From Guptibacillus hwajinpoensis (GTDB taxonomy: Bacteria > Bacillota > Bacilli > Bacillales > Bacillaceae_J): a DNA stretch of 49,369 nt. This document shows, in pieces, positions 47,518 to 49,369 of the stretch (the stretch's first letter is position 1; each line of letters opens with the position of its first letter). Under the pieces are notes generated by a model. It made no database searches, was not told the origin of the DNA, and saw nothing but the letters and a program-made list of their open reading frames with translations. The position numbers and the translations under genes are program-made. Location: NCBI GenBank assembly GCA_016841285.1, contig JAENZK010000001.1:1-49369 (forward strand), read 5' to 3'.

Positions 47518-49369
47518 ATGAAAATGAAGTTGCCCATTATAAAAACAAAATTTATTCCGCCTATTTTTAAAGACAACTATGTAATACGACCCCAATTAAT
47601 AAACAAGTTTTCAAAAGCACTCGATTATCCACTTACGTTAATTCATGCAGGACCCGGATATGGTAAAAGCTCATCACTGTCATCCTTTTCTCAAGAAACA
47701 TCGATCCTTAACTGTTGGTATTCTATTTCAAAGCAGGAGGATGAATTTTTACCATTTCTTATTCATTTTATTTATTCCATCCGGTCAAAGGTGCCTGAAT
47801 TTGGGTCAAGCCTATTAACGTTTTTAGAGAATAATAATCAACAATCAGTGGAAGATGCTATAGAGTTTATCTGCTCTGAGCTTATAAATGAGTTTACTTT
47901 ACTAGAAAATGATATTCTTATTATTCTAGACGATTTCCATCTACTTGAAAAATCAAAAGGAATAGAAAAGTGTTTTGAAATTTTACTAAGATATCTTCCA
48001 TCTCAAATTCATATCGTCATTTCTAGTCGAACTAAACTAAATTGGTCTTTATTTACATCACTTCTTGTAAAAGGGAATATTCTTGAGATTGGAAAAGAAG
48101 ATTTTATTTTTTCTAAGGATGAGATGGAGGTGTTATTTTTAAATTACTTCGAAGCTGACTTGCCGCAAAAACAGCTGAAAATGATTCACGAACTAACAGA
48201 GGGCTGGATTATTGCAATCAGGATGTTTCATCATCACCTTATCACTAATCCAGAGCAGTCAATTTCATTTTCTAATATCAATGTGGATTCTGTAGACGAT
48301 TTATTCCGATATCTGGCGCTTGAGGTATTTACTGATCAACCTCGTGAAATAAAGGAGTTTTTATTGCTTACATCCACATTTGACCAATTCTCTATTTCAA
48401 TGTGTGAAGATGTTTTACGAATCCGTCATGCTGATCAATTGATCAATGAACTTTTAGCTAAAAATTTGTTTCTAACTGATATAGGAGAAAAACAATACCG
48501 CTACCACGCATTATTTAAGGACTTTTTGCAAAATCAATTAAAGCAAGATAAAAAGATATATGAGAAGACTCACCGTACTATCGCTTCCTTCTATTTAATT
48601 ACTAAACACTATGAAAATGCGATTGATCATTTTTTACTCCTAAAAGATTATGAGGCGATTACTTCGCTGTTGAAACAGGTTGCCCAAACAATAATAGATC
48701 AAGGCAAATTAGAATATTTATTTAGTGTACTATTGAAGCTTCCTCAAAATATTGTAGAGGAACATTATTCTTTGTATTTATTTTTGGCTGAGATTTATCG
48801 CTATCAATGTAAATATGAACTAGCAATTGAGGCTTATCAAAAACTTGATCACTTATCAAAAATGTCCAAGGATTCCCTTGTAGAAAGCTTAAGTATTGAG
48901 GGTAAAGCAAAGGTATACTTAGATACTATTCAACCAAGGGTAGCGCAAGCTTTGTTAAGGAAGGCCATCAGAATTTATGAAGATTCAAAGATTGAAATAT
49001 CTGATGTTAAGAAAATGGAGTTATATAGTTTAACGGCGGAAAATCTGGTCAATCTTGGCAATCTGGAGCAAGCAGGGGAATGGATCGATAAAATTAAGCA
49101 AATTAATCAGGAATATGAAAATGTAGAGCTTGAATCAAGGTTTTATCTTCGCGCCGGTAAATTGCAGGAAGCAGAAGATTTGTTACTCCGAAACCGCAGT
49201 AGGGTTGAAGCGTCATTATCAAAATCACATCGAGAAACGGACCTATTATTATCATTAATTTATAGTTTTACGGGTGAAGGTGAAAAAGCAACAAAGTTTG
49301 CGGATTCTGGGCTAGAACACGAGCATAAAAGAAAATCACCTTTTGTTGAAGCATGTGGCTGGATTCGAA
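47518..49369 (+). CDS. MalT-like STAND NTPase/TPR transcriptional regulator, 3'-truncated by window edge
   Basis: GAGGTGA RBS; KTKFIPP...RPQL...HAGPGYGKS, ILDDFH, TEGW, YRYHALF; absent from the ORF track, consistent with no stop before the window end. Confidence 0.85.
   Translation, partial: MKMKLPIIKTKFIPPIFKDNYVIRPQLINKFSKALDYPLTLIHAGPGYGKSSSLSSFSQETSILNCWYSISKQEDEFLPFLIHFIYSIRSKVPEFGSSLLTFLENNNQQSVEDAIEFICSELINEFTLLENDILIILDDFHLLEKSKGIEKCFEILLRYLPSQIHIVISSRTKLNWSLFTSLLVKGNILEIGKEDFIFSKDEMEVLFLNYFEADLPQKQLKMIHELTEGWIIAIRMFHHHLITNPEQSISFSNINVDSVDDLFRYLALEVFTDQPREIKEFLLLTSTFDQFSISMCEDVLRIRHADQLINELLAKNLFLTDIGEKQYRYHALFKDFLQNQLKQDKKIYEKTHRTIASFYLITKHYENAIDHFLLLKDYEAITSLLKQVAQTIIDQGKLEYLFSVLLKLPQNIVEEHYSLYLFLAEIYRYQCKYELAIEAYQKLDHLSKMSKDSLVESLSIEGKAKVYLDTIQPRVAQALLRKAIRIYEDSKIEISDVKKMELYSLTAENLVNLGNLEQAGEWIDKIKQINQEYENVELESRFYLRAGKLQEAEDLLLRNRSRVEASLSKSHRETDLLLSLIYSFTGEGEKATKFADSGLEHEHKRKSPFVEACGWIR

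Noticed and set aside
44476-48910. Short antisense or nested ORFs here (e.g. 45075-45571, 46378-47151, 48722-48910) and similar ones throughout the window
   Set aside because: Most overlap well-supported genes in other frames or strands, and none shows independent coding evidence.
1-49369. CRISPR array, rRNA or standard tRNA genes
   Set aside because: No regularly spaced direct repeats or cas genes were seen; the only T-arm motif noticed belongs to the tmRNA.

Overview
AT-rich Bacillaceae chromosomal segment of about 40 mostly housekeeping or accessory genes. These include tenA, an SF1 helicase, glnK-amtB, brnQ, an SNF2 helicase, amidase/LuxR, TatD, flavodoxin, azlCD, a MATE exporter, a xanthine-dehydrogenase-family operon, an intact IS3-family element, ahpF/ahpC, thrC, a small alarmone synthetase, pflAB, a molybdopterin oxidoreductase and a partial MalT-like regulator. 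The most striking features are missing from the ORF track. (1) At 21995-22861 lies a compact, apparently co-transcribed tandem array of three sequence-divergent but structurally compensated housekeeping RNAs (tmRNA, 6S RNA, large SRP RNA), none in its usual gene context, suggesting a second set of core ncRNAs. (2) A peroxiredoxin (8400-8993) has an in-frame TGA as its catalytic Cys codon, followed by a SECIS-like hairpin, behind a sigma-K-like promoter. (3) A type I toxin-antitoxin locus (about 17140-17510) has a LexA-like box, and an internally deleted mini-copy of its antitoxin gene lies 13 kb away (3925-4030). (4) A stand-alone DnaA domain I/coiled-coil protein is present. All calls come from reading the sequence and recalled consensus motifs; no searches were run.
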